Assembly (NCBI RefSeq): GCF_030144855.1
Contig: NC_082710.1
Coordinates: 58,714,001-58,778,000 of the forward strand
Source: Hypanus sabinus
Taxonomy: Eukaryota
Length of the DNA stretch: 64,000 bases
Direction of reading: 5' to 3'
Below are positions 13,033 to 27,464 of the stretch, piece after piece (within the stretch, counting starts at the first letter, position 1; every line of letters starts with the position of its first letter). The notes under the pieces were generated by a model, which worked only from the letters and a program-made list of their open reading frames with translations, ran no database searches and was not told where the DNA came from. The position numbers and the translations under genes are program-made.

Positions 13033-14910
13033 ATTACACAGCAGGCAAAGAGACCATTTGACCCAACTTATCTGTGCCAACAAGGGAGTACTGTTCTGTA
13101 TTAAACTCGTTGCCTTCTATGCCTAAATTATTCAAGTGCACTTCAAGATATTTCTTTAATGCCCTCAGTGGACCAGCTCCAAGCATATCTCAGGAAAGGC
13201 TTTCCAGGGTCCTGCATTCTCTGGGACTAGAAAGCCCCCTACCTCTCATATGGTGGAAAAGATTCCTACAATTAAAACATTGAACATAGAAACTTACAGC
13301 ACATTACAGTCCCTTCAGCCCACAATGTGCCAAACATATCACCTACTCTAGAGACAGCCTAGAATTTCCCTAGCAGGTAGCCCTCTATTTTTCTAAGCTC
13401 CATGTACCTATCTAAGAGTCTCTTAAAAGACCCCATTGTATCTGCTTCCACCACCACCACCAGCAGTGCATCTCTTGCACCTACCACTCTCTGTGTGAAA
13501 AACTTACCCCTGACATCCCCTCAGTACCTATTTCCAAGCACCTTAAAAATATACCCCTTCATGTTAGCTATTTCTGCCCTGCGAAAAAAGCCTCTGGCTA
13601 TTCACAGAATCAATGCCCCTCATCATCTTATATACTTACTTAAATATATTTGTATATTTAATTATGTCCACTCTTAACCTCCTCTGCTGCAGAGAGAACA
13701 GACCTATCTTCTACAGTCTCATATAACTGAAATGATCCACCTCAGAGAACATCCAAGTGAATCATTTCTGCAATCTCTCTAGCAATTAAAAAAACCGCTC
13801 ATGTACTGTAGAAGGGTGACTAGGGCAGCACATAGTATCCTGGTTGATGTCTCAGCAAGTTCTTATAAAGTTGGAGCAAATTTTTCCCATGTCAAAGTTC
13901 AAAGTGAATATATTATCAAAGTGCATACATGTCACCACTTACAACCCTGAGTACTCATTGCTCCAACAAAATAAGGCCAGTATCCCATGTGCCTTCCTAA
14001 CCACACATTCCACCTGCAATGCCAGCTTCAAGCATCTATGAACTTGTACTCAAGATCCCACTGTTCCTCTATATTATAAGACCATACCATTCATGATATA
14101 TGTGTTAATCTCATTAGTGCTTCCATAATGCATCACCTCATATATGTCTGGATTTAGTCCATCTGGATTCAGCCAATTTCATCAACAGGTCCTCTGCACC
14201 CCAAAACTAACTTCCATACTGTCAACAACTCCATCAATGCTTATGTCATCTGCAAACTAACATACCTTGCCTCCCATATCAGTATCAAAGTCATTCATGT
14301 ATGTAATAACTGGCAAAGATCTCAGCACTAATCCTTTTGGGACACCACTAATCACAGACATCCAATCGCTAAAACAACCATGCCTCCTATCGGTCAGCCT
14401 ATTTTGAATCCAGTTTGCCCTCAAGGACCCTTAGATTTAAAACCAGTTTTCTATATGAGATCTTGTCAAAGGCCTTATCAAAGTCCACGTAAGTTTTACC
14501 TCATTGGTACATATTGATAGCCCTTTAAAAATTAAATCAAATTGATCAGGCAGGATTATGCTGGATCTTTTTGATTAATACCTGACTTTCCACTATCTTC
14601 CCATCACTATGCTGGCTTGCAGATCTATAGTCAAAAAGGCGAGCATGTTTATGATCCTTCAATCAGTTGGCATTTCACTTGAGCACAGTGAAGACTTAAA
14701 CATAGCAGCCAGAACCCATGCAGTCTCTTTCCTTACATCCCATAGTAGCCTGAGATAAATCCCATTTGGTCCTCGTGAACTATCCAACTTTAAGCCCAGC
14801 AAGGGATTGGCTATCTCCACCATATTTATGGAGGCCTGTACTAACTTTTTCATACCTCTTCACTGAATTCCTCAATTATAAAGTCTGTTTCCTTTGTAAA
14901 CAATGATGAA
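13033..14910 (-). mobile_element. Old CR1 LINE with nested CR1 3' end (~13274-13635) and short Rex1 tail (~13890-13958)
   Basis: ORF 14659-14853 SSRGPNGIYLRLLWDVRKE; gtcatctgcaaac (FADD on minus strand) at ~14245; second tail aacattgaacatagaaac. Confidence 0.8.
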
Positions 14911-15786
14911 GCACCTGCTCCTTTGTTGCCACTTATTTTATGTTAAAGCACAACATTAAAAGTTGTCTCTCTTTCAGTTTGAAATCAGTTTTCCTGTCAT
15001 TTTTTTATGCACTAGCTGGGAACTTGTTGGCTTCTTTCTGAATCCGTTTGGCCACATACCCAAAAATGTCCTTTAATTAATCACAGCTAGACTATTCTGC
15101 ACTGACCTGATTATTCAACTGATATTGGCACTTATAATTTTATAGAAGTTCCCCTTCAGCCTTATAGAGCAGGAACGTATCAGACATGCTAGACTCCCAC
15201 TGTCTCTGCTGGCTTTTGGGCTTGTATTACTATTACTCAGCACTTTCTGGAATAACTAAGCAATTCCATCAGATATTGAGATAGAGTTGAGCAATGACTC
15301 AGTGGAATGTTTCTTTGCCAACTTGCACCCATCCTCCAGATGCTACCATTTAGAATGGCACAGAAGCAAATAACATGAGTAAAGGACACAAACTATCTTT
15401 AATAAATGCTTTATCTTCAATCATTTCTTGCTGTAATCTTTTTTTGTTTTATGTTTCACTTGGTTTTGTAAGTGTTTTCTAGTCCTGGCCTTGATAAGTA
15501 TTTCCCAGTTCTTCCTGTATCATTGTCAATCTTAAAGGAGTGGTTTAGTACTGAATGTGGGGTACATTTTTCCACAATTCATGCAACCTCTGAATAATTC
15601 AGTGTAATCCAAACCAAATAGGATTTTGCCCTACTTTATTTAATTAAAATATTCAATTTAGTTTTTACGATTGACTGGGAAGCAGATTTACACCACAAGC
15701 ATTAAAATACACTTAACTAAAAAACATCAAAAATATAAGCACTATAGTTTACTGTACATGATGTTTTGAGCTTGCTGACCATTCAA

Positions 15787-15946
15787 TAAGATAATGGCTG
15801 ACTTTCTACCTCAACCCTACTTTTCTGACATTTTCCTGTTTCTCTAAATTACATGGAATTATAGTTTAAGATAATGGATGACTTTCTACCTCAACCCTAC
15901 TTCCCTAACATTATCCTGTTTCTCTAAATTACATGGAATTATCATC
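15787..15946. repeat. Tandem duplication, 80-bp period, within an old CR1 3' UTR
   Basis: taagataatgg..aaattacatggaattat starts at 15787 and 15867 with few mismatches. Confidence 0.9.
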
Positions 15947-16384
15947 TAAGTTACTGAGTATTCACAGGTCTAACTTTGTGAAATGCTAAAAATTCACAAC
16001 CCTTCCAGTGCAGAAATCCCTTCAGATCTTGGTCTCTTGCATGTCAAACCCATTATGCCTTCTAGTTCTAAACTCACCAGCCAGGAGACGGGTTTCAATT
16101 GGAATAAACGGCAAGGGAGATTCAAACCATCTCCTCTTGTTTTAAAAAACATTATGATTTTTATATCCTCAACCATCAACACCCTGAGAGCCTGCATTGA
16201 CTAAGTGCTCAACAGGAAGAGGCTGCACTTGAAGTGGCTGCTGATTACTTAGTCCACCTTTTCATCCAGTCTACTAAGATTTTCTACACTTACATGAAAG
16301 AAAATTAACACTTGTCTATTGAACTATACAGTAGCTTATGCTGATACAAGGGTTTTCCAATATGGATGATCTCCCATTCCTTTG

Positions 16385-16545
16385 TGGAATAATCTGTGGA
16401 ATTCTCTGCCCAATGATACAGTGGAGGCTACCTCAGTAAATACAAGGTTGGATAGATTTTTGCATAGTTGGGGAATTAAGGAGAATTGAATAGTGGAGCA
16501 GCCTTAATGGGCCAGATGGCCTACTCTGCTCTTATTTCTTATCTT
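16385..16545 (+). mobile_element. CR1 3' end fragment
   Basis: aatctgtggaattctctgcc...gatggcctactctgctcttatttcttat. Confidence 0.7.
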
Positions 16546-16579
16546 CTTCCCTCAAGTATTAAGTATGACTCAATACTTG

Positions 16580-19500
16580 GATACATTCAGCTGCAGCTTC
16601 TTAAAGATGGTGTTAAGGAATTGGAGATGGAGCTGGAGGAACTCAAGATCATTCAGAATGCTGAAGGTTGATTGTTAGGTGATACAGCGAGGTAGTTACA
16701 CCTAAGGTACAGGATGTAGGCAACTGGATGATGGACAAGAGGGTGAAAGGGAAGAGGCAGTCAGTGCTGAGTACCCCTGCGATCATTCCCTCAATATCAG
16801 GTATACAATGTTGGATACTGTTGGTGGAGGGGAGAATGACTGAGCAGAGGAAAGCCACAGTGGTCACCTCTCTGGCACTGAGTCAGGCTCTGTGACTCAG
16901 AAGGAAAGGGTGGAGAAGAAGCAAGCTGCAGCGACAGATGATTCATTGTTTAGGGGAACAGAAAAGAGGTTCTGTAGACAAGAACAAGATTTCCAGATGC
17001 TATGTTGCCTCCCAGCTGCCAGGGACAGGGACATCTTGGATTAAATTCACAGCACTCTTAAGTGGGGAGGCTGAGCAGACAGAGGTGGCGACCCACATTG
17101 GTACCAATGACATGGGTAGGAAGGGTGACGAGGTCCTGCAAAGTGAGCTTAGGGAGTTAGGTGCTAAGTTGAAAGATAGAAATTCTAAGGCTGAGATTAC
17201 AGGATTGCTACCCATGCCACATGCTAGTAAGGCCAGAAATAAGAAGATAATACAGTTCAACACATGGCTAAGGAGATGGTGCAGGAGGGTGGGCTACAGA
17301 ATTTTGGATCATTGGCTTGCTTCAAGGGAAGGTGGGACGTGTACAGAAGGGTCAGTTTGTATCTGAATTGAAGGGGATCTAATATCCTTGTTAGAAGGTT
17401 TTCAAGCACTGAATGGGACTTTTGCAGGGGGATGGGAACCAAAGCACCAGAATAGATAATGCAAAACTTGTGGGGAAAGATGATGTTAAGCCAACATCTT
17501 TCAGGAATTGAAAGATTGAGCATAGTGGGACTAACGTTACGAGTTGTGTATAGTTCAGTGCAAGGAGTGTTATAGGAAAGACAGATGAGCTTAGGGCATG
17601 AATCAGCACATAGAATTATGACAATATAGGCATGAGTGAGACAATTGCAGAAGGGGTAGTGCTCTGGGTTCCTGTTGTTTTAGGTGTGAGAGAGTGGAAG
17701 AGATTAAAGAGGGAGGAGTAGCATTACTAGTCAGGGAAAATGTCATGGCAAGTGCTCAGACAGAACAGACTGGAGAGCTCATCTACTGACACTATAGGGG
17801 TGGAGCTGAGGAATAAGAAGGGGATGACCACGTTAATATAATAGACCACCCAATGGTCAGCTGAATTTAGAGGAGATTGGAAACGTGTTCAGGAAAGATT
17901 CCTAAATCAATATGTAGATGTACTAACAAGAGAGAATGCAATACTGGGCCACCTATCGGGAACGAGACATGGCAGGTGACAGAGGTGTGTATAGAGGAGC
18001 ACTTTGGATCTAGTGATCTTAATGTCATTAGTTTCAAGATAGTTATGAAGGATAGGTCTGGTCCATGGGTTGATATATTAAGAGCAAAAGGATAACAAGG
18101 GACAAAATGAATCCTCCTGAAGTTCAGAGCATTCACCTATGCATAGACCTGAAAGAGATGGGGAGATTTTTAATGGATTTTTTTTTTTGCATCTGTATTT
18201 ATTCCGAAGATGGATACAGAGTCGGTAGAAGTGAGGCAAAACAACAGCATGGTCAGACACTGAGGAGGTGTTTGCTACGTTGAGGCAAATTATTGTGGAT
18301 AAGGCCACAGAGCCTTACAAGGTGTTCCATCAGACCTTGTGGGAGGATAATGCAAAAATTACCAGGGCCATAGCAGAGATATTTAAACCGTCCTTAGCCA
18401 TGGGTGAGGTTCTAAAGGATTGGAGAATGGTTAATATTGTTCCATTATTTAAGAAAGGTTCTAAGTATATGCTGGGAAATTATAAGCCAGTGAGCCTGGC
18501 ATCAGTAGTGGATAAGTTATTGGAAAGTTCTCTAAGGGACTGTACATACAATTATTTGAATGGACAGGAGCTGATTAGCAATAATCAACATGATTATATG
18601 CATGGAGGTTGGCCAAGGAGGTTCAGGATGAGGTAGTAAATTGGATTAGACATTAACTTTGTGGGAGAAGGCAGAGAGTGGCTGTAGATGTTTTCCTCTC
18701 TGACAAGAGTCCTACGACTGGTGGTGTGCCACAAGGATCAGTGCTGGGTCTGTTGCTATTTGTCAACTTTATCAACAATCTGGATGATAAAGTGATGAAC
18801 TGGATCAGCAAATTTGCAGATGGCACCAAGTGCGGGAGTGCAGTGGACAGTGAGGAAGTGATCATAGCTTGCAGCAGGATTTAGAGCAGCTGGAGAAATG
18901 GGCTGAGAAATGGCAGACGGAACTTAATGCTCTGCACTTTGGGGGGGCAAGCCAGGGTAGACGTATACAGTGAGAACAGTAGGGCACTGAGGAGTGGGGG
19001 AGAATAGAGGGATCTGGGAATACAAATCCATAATTCCTTGAAAGTGGCATCATAGGTAGATAGGTTCATAAAGAGAGCATGGGCACATTGGCCTTTATAA
19101 ATCAAAGTACAGAGTACAGGAGAAAATTTACAAGGACATTGTCAAGACTTGAGGGCCTGAGTTATAGGGAATAGGTTAGCACTTTATTCCCTGAAGCATA
19201 TTCAACTAAAGAGAAATTTGATAGAGAAGTATATAACATCATGAGGGATATAAATAAGGTAAATGCAAGCAAGCTTTTTTCATTGAATTTGGGTGAAACT
19301 AAAACTAAAGGGCATGGGTTAAGTGTGAAAGGCAAAATGTTTAAGAGGAACATGAGGAGGAACTTCTTCACTCAGAGGCTGGTGAGGGTGAGAAACTAAC
19401 TGCCAGTGGATGTTGTATATGCAGATTCAATTTCAACATTTAAGAGAAATTTGGAGAGGTACATGGATGGGAGTGATACGGAGGGCTATGATCTAGGTTA

Positions 19501-19590
19501 AGGTCAAAGTGACTAGGCAGATTAATACTTGGCACACACTAAGTAGGCCAAAGGGCCTGTTTCTGTGCTATAGTGTTCTATGATTCTATG
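16580..19590 (+). mobile_element. Long CR1 LINE: ORF1 (SGNH esterase) plus disrupted ORF2 (APE endonuclease, RT)
   Basis: ORF1 VATHIGTNDMGRK (16938-17366); ORF2 DWRMVNIVPLFKKG (18268-18636) and GVPQGSVLG..KFADGTK (18678-18884); tail ttctatgattctatg. Confidence 0.93.
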
Positions 19591-19869
19591 AGTGGGAGGA
19601 AGTAACACAGATAGGGCAGGAAGTAGCTCAAATGGAGAGGAGTTGGGGTGATGGCTCAAGTGTGCAATCACTGTAAACAGCAGTGGTACAGGGTGTACTG
19701 ATAAGCTTCCTTGACAACCCATTAGTTGTATCTCAGGAAGCACAAAGTGGCATGCAAGTGGCAAGATACATTTGCACTAAGTTATCATTGTGCCTGCAGC
19801 CTGATAAACGGGTACAGGCTAATCATTGAGTCACCACTCTGTTGCCCATTATCTTAATTACTTCAGAGG

Positions 19870-22447
19870 TAAGGAGAATATAGGGAGTTAGGAAGAAAGC
19901 TGAAAAACTGGACCTCCAGGGTAGAAAGGGCAAGTTTTCAGATTTCTTGATCATTCTGGATCACAGGTCTTCTTTGTGGAAGTTATGACCTGTACAAAAT
20001 TGATGAGGCTACACTGCAATCTGAGGGGGACCAATATCCTTGCAGAAAGGTTTCCTAGAGTAGTTGGGAAGGGTTTAAGTTAAGTGGGCAGGGAGATGGG
20101 AACCAGAGTGATAGGGCTAAGTATGGTGAAATTGGTATACAACTGGACGCACTGTGCAGTGAATCTGTGAGGAAAGACAGGCAGATAATAGAACAAAATT
20201 GCAGTCAATGAATGAGTCGAAGTGTAACAGGAGGCCAAAATTGAAAAGGGTGATGACTACAGGACTGAAGGTGTTATGTTTAATGCATACAATATATGGA
20301 ATAATTTAGATGATATTGTAGCTCAGTTAGAGATTGGCAGGTAAGAAGTGGGCATCAATGAGTCATGGCTGAAAGAAGATCATAGTTAGGAGCTTAACAT
20401 CCAAGAATACACATTGTATTAAAAGGATAGGCAGGTCAGTAGATGGGGTGGCTATGATGGTAAACATTTAAATCAAATCCTTAGAAGGAGGTGACATAGG
20501 ATCAGAAGATGTAGAAACTTTGTGGATAAAGTTAAGGAACTACAAGGGTAAAAAAATTCTGATGGGAGTTACACACAGGCCTTCAAATAGTAGCCAAGGT
20601 AGGGGTACAAACCAAAACTGGAGATAGAGAAGTCATGTAAAAAGGACAATATTGCAATAGTCATGGGGGATTTCAATATGCAGGTATATTGGGAATGTTA
20701 GGTTAGTGCTGGGTCCCAAGAGAGAGAATTTGTAGAATGCCTACAAGGTGGCTTTTTCAAGCAGCTTATGATTAAGCCCAATGGGGGAAATGGCAATTCT
20801 GGATTGGGTGCTATGTAATGACCTGATTTGATTAAGGAGCTAAAAAAAACCCTTGAGGCAGTAATCATAATATGATTGAATCCACCCAACAGTCTGAGAA
20901 GGAGAACCTAAAATCAGGTGTATCACTATTAGGATGGGAGTTGATTTGGAAGGGGACACTAGCAGGGATGATGGCAGAACAGCACTGGAGTTTCTGGAGT
21001 TTCTAGGAACAATTTGGAAGGTACAGGAAAAATACATCCCAAAGATGAAGTATTCTAAAGGGCAGATGAGGTAACCATCAAAACGTAAGTCAAAGACTGC
21101 ATAAAAGTAAAAAAAAGAGGGCAAATAATAAAACAAAAAATAGTGGGATGGTAGAAGACCATGAAGATTTTAAAAACCAAGGCAACTAAAAAAGCCATAA
21201 AGATATAAAAGATGAAATAGGAAGGTAAGCTAGCCAATAATAGAAAAGGAGGATACAAGAAGCTTTTTCAGATATATAAAGAGTAAAATAGAGATGAGAG
21301 TGCATATCAGACTGCTGGAAAATGACACTTCAGTGGTAACAATAGGGAATAAAGATATGGCAGATGAACTTAATAAGTATTTTGCATCAGTCTTCACTGT
21401 GGAAGAGACCGACAGAATTCCAGAGATGTGAACTGTCAGGACGCAGAAGTGAGTGTCATAGCCATTACTAAAGAGAAGGTGTTTGGGAAGCTGAAAAGTC
21501 TAACGTAGATAAGTCACCTGGACCAGATGGACTATACTACAGAGTTCTCAAAGAGGTAATTGAAGAGATTACAGTTGTAATTATCTTTCAGCAATCACTA
21601 GATTCTGGAATGATTCCAGAGATGGTTTTGTGGCCAAGTTTGTGAATGATACAAAGATCATGGTAGGTAGTGTTGCAGAAGCAAATTGTCTGCAGAAGAA
21701 CTCAGATAGATTGGGAGAATAAGCAAAGAGTGGCAGATAGAATATAATGCAGGGAAGAGCATGACCATGCACTTTAGTAGAATGAATAAAAGCATGGACT
21801 ATTTTCTAAATGGGGAGAAATTCAGAGGTGCAAAGGGACTTAGGAGTCCTCGAGCAAGATTCTGTAATGGTTAACTTGCAGGTTAGCATTCATTTCGAGT
21901 GGACTAGAATAAAAAAGCAAGGATTTAATGTTGAGGCAAATAAGACATTGGTCAGAATGCACTGGAGTATTGTGAGCAACTTTGGCCCACTTATGTAAGA
22001 AGGATATGCTGGCATTGGACAGGGTCCAGAGGAGGTCCACAGAGTTTCGAAGAATTGGGGGGGAGGGTCTCATTAAAACCTAATGGTTATTGAAAGGCCT
22101 AGATAGAGTGAATGTGGAAAGGATGTTTCTCATAGTGGAAGAGACGTGGACCAGTGGGCACTGCATCAAAGTAGAGAGACATGCATTAAGAACAGAAATC
22201 AGCACATTTCTTTAGCCAAAGGGTAACAAATCTGTGTAATTAATTTCCACAGATGGCTGTTCAGACAAAGCCATTGGATATATATAAGGCAGAGGTTGAT
22301 ATGTTCTTGATTAATTAGGGCACTAAAGATGACGGGGAGAAGGCAGGAGAATGGGGTTGAGAGGGATAATACATTGGTCATGATGGAACGGTGGAGCAGA
22401 CACAATGGGCCGAATGGCCTAATTCTGCTCCTACAGTAGGTCTTATT
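19870..22447 (+). mobile_element. CR1 LINE (end of ORF1 plus disrupted, internally deleted ORF2)
   Basis: Endonuclease VMGDFNMQV (~20660), SPGPDGL (~21513), SEVQRDLGVL (21810-21998); 3' tail ~22400-22447. Confidence 0.9.
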
Positions 22448-22449
22448 AT

Positions 22450-24345
22450 TACTGCCAGCACCGCATGCTGGTCAGAGTAGGGATAAGACAGTAGAACAGA
22501 TGAATGAGTGGCTGAGGAACTGGTGCAGGGGCAGGAGTGACCTGTACATGAGAGATGGATCGTATCAAAATCCTGGCCAGGAGGTTTGCTAGTGTGACTC
22601 AAAAGGGTTTAAACTAATTTGGCAGGGGGATGTAAAACACAATATGTCAGAAAGTGGTGGGATGGAAAAGAAGGAAGATGTCAGGACCAGAGGAAAAAAA
22701 AAACAGGAGCAAAATAACAGATATGATGGAACGAATAGTTTGAAGTGTGTATATTTTAATACTAGGAGTATTATGGGTAAAGGTGATGGGCCAGTACATT
22801 AAACTATGATGCTGTGGCCATTACAGAAAATTGATTGAGAGAGGGGCAGGAATGGGTGCTTAATTTCCTAAGGTTTTGATGTTTTAGGAAAGATAGAGAG
22901 GGAGGTAAAAGAAAGGGGGAAAAGAGGGAGAGTTGCAATACTAATCAAGGACAATATTTCAGCTGTACTCAGACGGAACATAATGGAAGGCTCATCCAGT
23001 GAGTCTATATAGATAGAACCCAAAAATAGGAAGAGTGTAATCCCTTTGAAAGGATTTTACTACTGACACCCCCAATAGCCACTGGCATGAGTTGAGACTT
23101 AGGGGGCAAAAGTTTAAGGGTAACATGAGGGGAAATTTCTTTACTCAGAGAGTGATAGCTGTGTGGAATGACCTTCCAGCAGAAGTGGTAGAGGCAGGTT
23201 CAGTATTGTCATTTAAAGTAAAATTGGATAGGTATATGGACAGGAAAGGAACGGAGGGTTATGGGCTGAGTGCGGGTCAGTGGGATTAGGTGAGAGTAAG
23301 CTTTCGGCACGGACTAGAAGGGCCAAGATGGCCTGCTTCCATGCTGTAATTGTTATATGGTTATATTGGTGAACAGATATGCTAGCAGATTAAGGAAAAA
23401 TATAAAACCAATTTCCCTGATATAAACTGGGACCTTCTTAGTGCAAGAATCTATACTGGAACTCTGTTGTGTATAGAAGTGATTGGGATGAAAATGTAGA
23501 TGAGTGGGTCAGTAAGACTGCAGATGATACAAAGGTTGGTAGTGCTCTGGATAGAAGACTGGCAAAGAGTACAGTGGGATATAGATCAGTTGCAGATATG
23601 GCTGGTGAAATGGCAGATGGAGTTTAACCCAGCCAAATGTGTATTATTCTCCTTGGTAGGTCACAGTTGAAGAGATAGTACACTGTTACGAGCAAGATAC
23701 CCAACAATGTTAAGGAGTAGAGGGAGCTTGAATTCATAGTCCCTGAAAGCAGCTACACAGTTTTGAGTTGTTAAGAAGGCAAATTGCATGCATGAATATT
23801 TAGTTGGAGCACTAAAATCAAAAGTTAGGAAGTTATGTTGCAGCTTTAAAAATACTCAAATTAGACCACATCTGGCATATTGCATGTAGTTCAGATCGCC
23901 ACATTATAGAAAGGATGTTGAGGCTTTGTAGAGGATGCAGAAGAGGTTTACCAATATCCTGCCTGTGCTATAATGAGGGGCTGAATAAACAGGTTGATTT
24001 CTCTGGAGTGGAGGCGGCTGAGGTGAGATTGATAAAATTATGCAAGACACAGATAGAGTAAATAGACAGTATCTTTTTCCCCAAGGTTGAAATGTCTAAA
24101 CCAGCGGGCATACATTTAAAGTGATAGGGGTTAATTCCAAATGAGATGTGAGGAGCAAGTTCCATATACGGAGAGCGGTGGCTGCTTGGAATGTTCTGCT
24201 GGGGTGTTGGTAGAGGCAGATGTATTAGAGACTTCTAAGAGATGTTTAGATAGGCACAGGAATGTGAGGAAAATGGCCACTTGACAATGAGTTTATTTGT
24301 GTTAGCGCTACATTGTGGGCCGGAGACAGTACTTTTCAATGTGTT
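22450..24345 (+). mobile_element. Third tandem CR1 LINE (end of ORF1, endonuclease, deleted RT)
   Basis: LKCVYFNTRSIMGK at ~22740, ADDTKV at ~23520, KWQMEFN at ~23608. Confidence 0.85.
23086..23366 (+). mobile_element. Young CR1 3' fragment nested in older CR1
   Basis: ORF 23092-23289 RGNFFTQRVIAVWNDLP; tail gttatatggttatat; same family as 59243-60462. Confidence 0.88.
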
Positions 24346-25449
24346 ATGCTCAGCTATTAGTTAGAAAGTGAATATTGTTTCAATTATAAAGCTCAGGTGG
24401 GCAAGCCTTTCCACGATGTAAAGATCTAGTTGACAGAACAGCTTCAAGACTTGGTAAGTATTTATTTGACAGAATTTATGTAATGTAGGAGCCTACATTA
24501 TAAATTTCTGAAATATTTGCATGATATATCCCACTTCCAATGACGTTGGTTGATGCTGTAAACCATTCTTGTGAGTCATAATACGTAGATTTCTTTGTTC
24601 TTTTTGGTACTTATGTAAATATATTCCTGAAATATATCATACCATTTTCCTCCAGATTTCAATACACTTTACAGCACAGTTTTGTGCCTCTGCCCCATAC
24701 TGTGTCCATTTTTATAATTTATTTAGATACTGCATCATTTTCTATTCATAATTTATATAATGTTAATAGATATATGAAACTTTCTATCTGTGGAAAATTA
24801 ATTTCATTCTTTTACTCCCAAAATCAAAGAAATAAAAGCATGAATGCTTATGTTAAATTCTAATTGAAGACTGCCGTCACTGAAGAATGAGATTTGCCAG
24901 ATCCCAACTAGGCAATGATGCATTGTGAAACAGCATGGTCCATCATCTGTAACAGATGAAGAAAAACTAACAGGGGACACAAAAATAGAAAATGCTGGAA
25001 ACACTCAGCAGGTCAGACAGCAGATGTAGAAACTGAAATAACAGTGAAGTAAAGAGCAGCAACCGGGTGCCTGGAGCTATGTCAGGGAAATATTCCAACA
25101 AATAATCAGATGCTATTCTTTTTTTCTTTGAAAGGATAAGGGCTTAATGATAGTACTTTTGCTCAGATGTTATTTTATGTAGTGCTGTTGTTGCCCTAGG
25201 TTGAATCTCACACAAAGACCACAATGACCAACAACACAAAACCAATACTGTGACAATCACAGGCTTGTAACCTACAATGAGACAGATACAAGGGAAGCCA
25301 TTGCATTGTGCAGCAAAGTAAATATCAGAAGAAAAATGATCCTTGCACAAAGTCAGACCTGCAATGGAGGGTAGTCTAGCAACAAAGTAGTTTCCTAGAC
25401 ATGCCAGAACACCACTTTCGCAGCAGATGATGGCAGGGATTGATAGACT

Positions 25450-25965
25450 ACTGGAATTCCTCTTGAACATCCATTGCCTTAGACTTCAGATTCTCCCAGA
25501 GAGAGATCTGCCGATTTCTTATCTGACAGCCCACAAGTTTGGAAGTCAGGTCACTCTTACCTATGTGGCCAATGTCCCAATTACATAATTTTTGTCCAAT
25601 CAGCATGAGTGACCACTGTTGTCTCTAGCTTAGTTTAACCACTCAGTATTGCACACATATCACATTTAAGGTTATACTAGACCACTCAGAATCTGCATCA
25701 CAATGATAGTTTCACAAGGAATGAGGCCCATGGGCAATACAGAGATTGCCATATTATGAAATGAAATGCCAGCATGCTGAAAAGCACTTCTGATTATCTC
25801 AGACAGAGCAATCGGTTCTTCTGCACTCCTAGTGAACGTGTCCAAAGTTATTGCGATCTGAAGCACTCTGTGTAGCAATGTCTGTCAACAAGGTTTGATC
25901 TTGCAAAAGGACCATGGCATGAAGTGCAGACCTCTTCTGTTGATCTGGAAAAGGAAGAGGAAGAA
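25450..25965 (+). mobile_element. Fossil PIF/Harbinger transposase fragment
   Basis: Colinear decayed motifs RDLPISYLTAHKFGSQVT (~25502), YCTHITFK (~25648, cf. DCTH), MLK..TPSERV and VSKVIAI*STLCS (~25774-25880), then an acidic tail. Confidence 0.55.
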
Positions 25966-26298
25966 TAGGGGCATTGTTGAAAACAATTCACCAGCATTGG
26001 TATACAGTGATCCTCATTATTCAGAGGCTCACAGAGGTTCATCCACCACACCCAGCTCACAACATTTCTCACCCACAGCCCATTGCATCATTCCCTTGTG
26101 CCACCTGTCCACTGAATAGGAAGGTTTAGCAGACGTAATATTTATTTGCTTGAATGTGAACCCTTTTAGTTTGTACTATAACAAATCGTTAACCTTCCCA
26201 CTGTTCTATTAGAAGGAACCTTTGGGACATCAGCAAAGATAGAGCCAGGTTGCTTGGTTCCCTGCTCTGATTGCCAAAGTATTCTTAGATGACATCCT

Positions 26299-26610
26299 AG
26301 GGCAGTACATTGGCATAGTGGTTAATGCATCGCTTTATATTACAGACAACCCACGTTCAATTCATGCCACTGCATGTAAGGAGTTTGTATGTCCTCCGCG
26401 TGACTGCATGGGTTTTCTCCAGATGCTCTGGTTTCCTCCCACAGTCCAAAGACATACTGTTTGCAGGTTAATTACTCATTGTAAATTTGTTTGCAGGTTA
26501 ATTACTCATTGTAAATTGTCCCATGATTAGTCTAGGATAAAATTGGGGAATTGATGGGTGATGTGTCTGGAAGGGCCTACTCTGCTATACATCAATAAGT
26601 AAATAAAAAT
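26299..26610 (+). mobile_element. V-SINE (HE1-like) with internal perfect 30-bp tandem duplication
   Basis: V-domain present; tgtttgcaggttaattactcattgtaaatt at 26458-26487 and 26488-26517. Confidence 0.85.
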
Positions 26611-27464
26611 CATCAGTCTTTTGGAACCTTGCCAGCGTTAGTAAAGATTCTTTTGCCTGTACCCATGCTAGGGCAAATTCCATGAGTCAAAGAGAAGATA
26701 TGAAATGATGACCAAGGGCGTCACTGGGGAAGGAATGGTAGAGTTTTGATTGAAGTCCTCATCTCCATACTCATATTATTAATATTATATCATCTTTTTT
26801 CTCCTAGCCCAGCCATACTTCTGCCTTTGTACCAGAGAATGCTTTAGTGAAGATCAGCGGGATATTGAATATCCCAGTCTACCTATGTTTTATAAATAGT
26901 ATCCTCACATCCGACAGCAGCGTGTCCCGAGGTGTTTCATCAAATTGAATTGCATGCCTCTTTTCCATATTCTCTTTTCTCCCACAGAACAACCAAACAC
27001 CTCCACACTACATCCTCATTTGGAATTCAAATTAATCATGTTAGGTCATCATACACAGTGCCACTAATTCAAAGTAGGATAAAATTATACCAATGCAATG
27101 CCTGGAAGCAAACTTCATAGTCTTGTGTGCTTAACCTGTGGTTTCCCACACGTTATCAAACTCATGCACCTGCCCCTCAGAGCACATTGACAAGCTAACT
27201 TTGGACCTTTAACTATCCATAAATACAGTTTGGCCTTTGAAAAATTTCCAGCATTGTGCTCTTCTATTTCAAGCTGCTAACATTTGCCATTGTTTGCTTT
27301 AGTACCATAGGAACATAACTTACTATATACGTAGGCCAACAGTTAAATAACATGGAGCCCAGTGTACAGGTAAACACAATGTAAGCCTTGACACACCAAC
27401 ATTCAAGGTGGAAGACGAAGATCTGATAACGAGGAAAACAAATATAAATGGAGAACATTTTGTG

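Noticed and set aside
15787-15946. CRISPR-like repeat array
   Set aside because: Two adjacent copies without spacers, in eukaryotic LINE-derived sequence
16938-17366. SGNH esterase as a host enzyme gene
   Set aside because: Known CR1 ORF1 domain, directly upstream of ORF2, and disrupted
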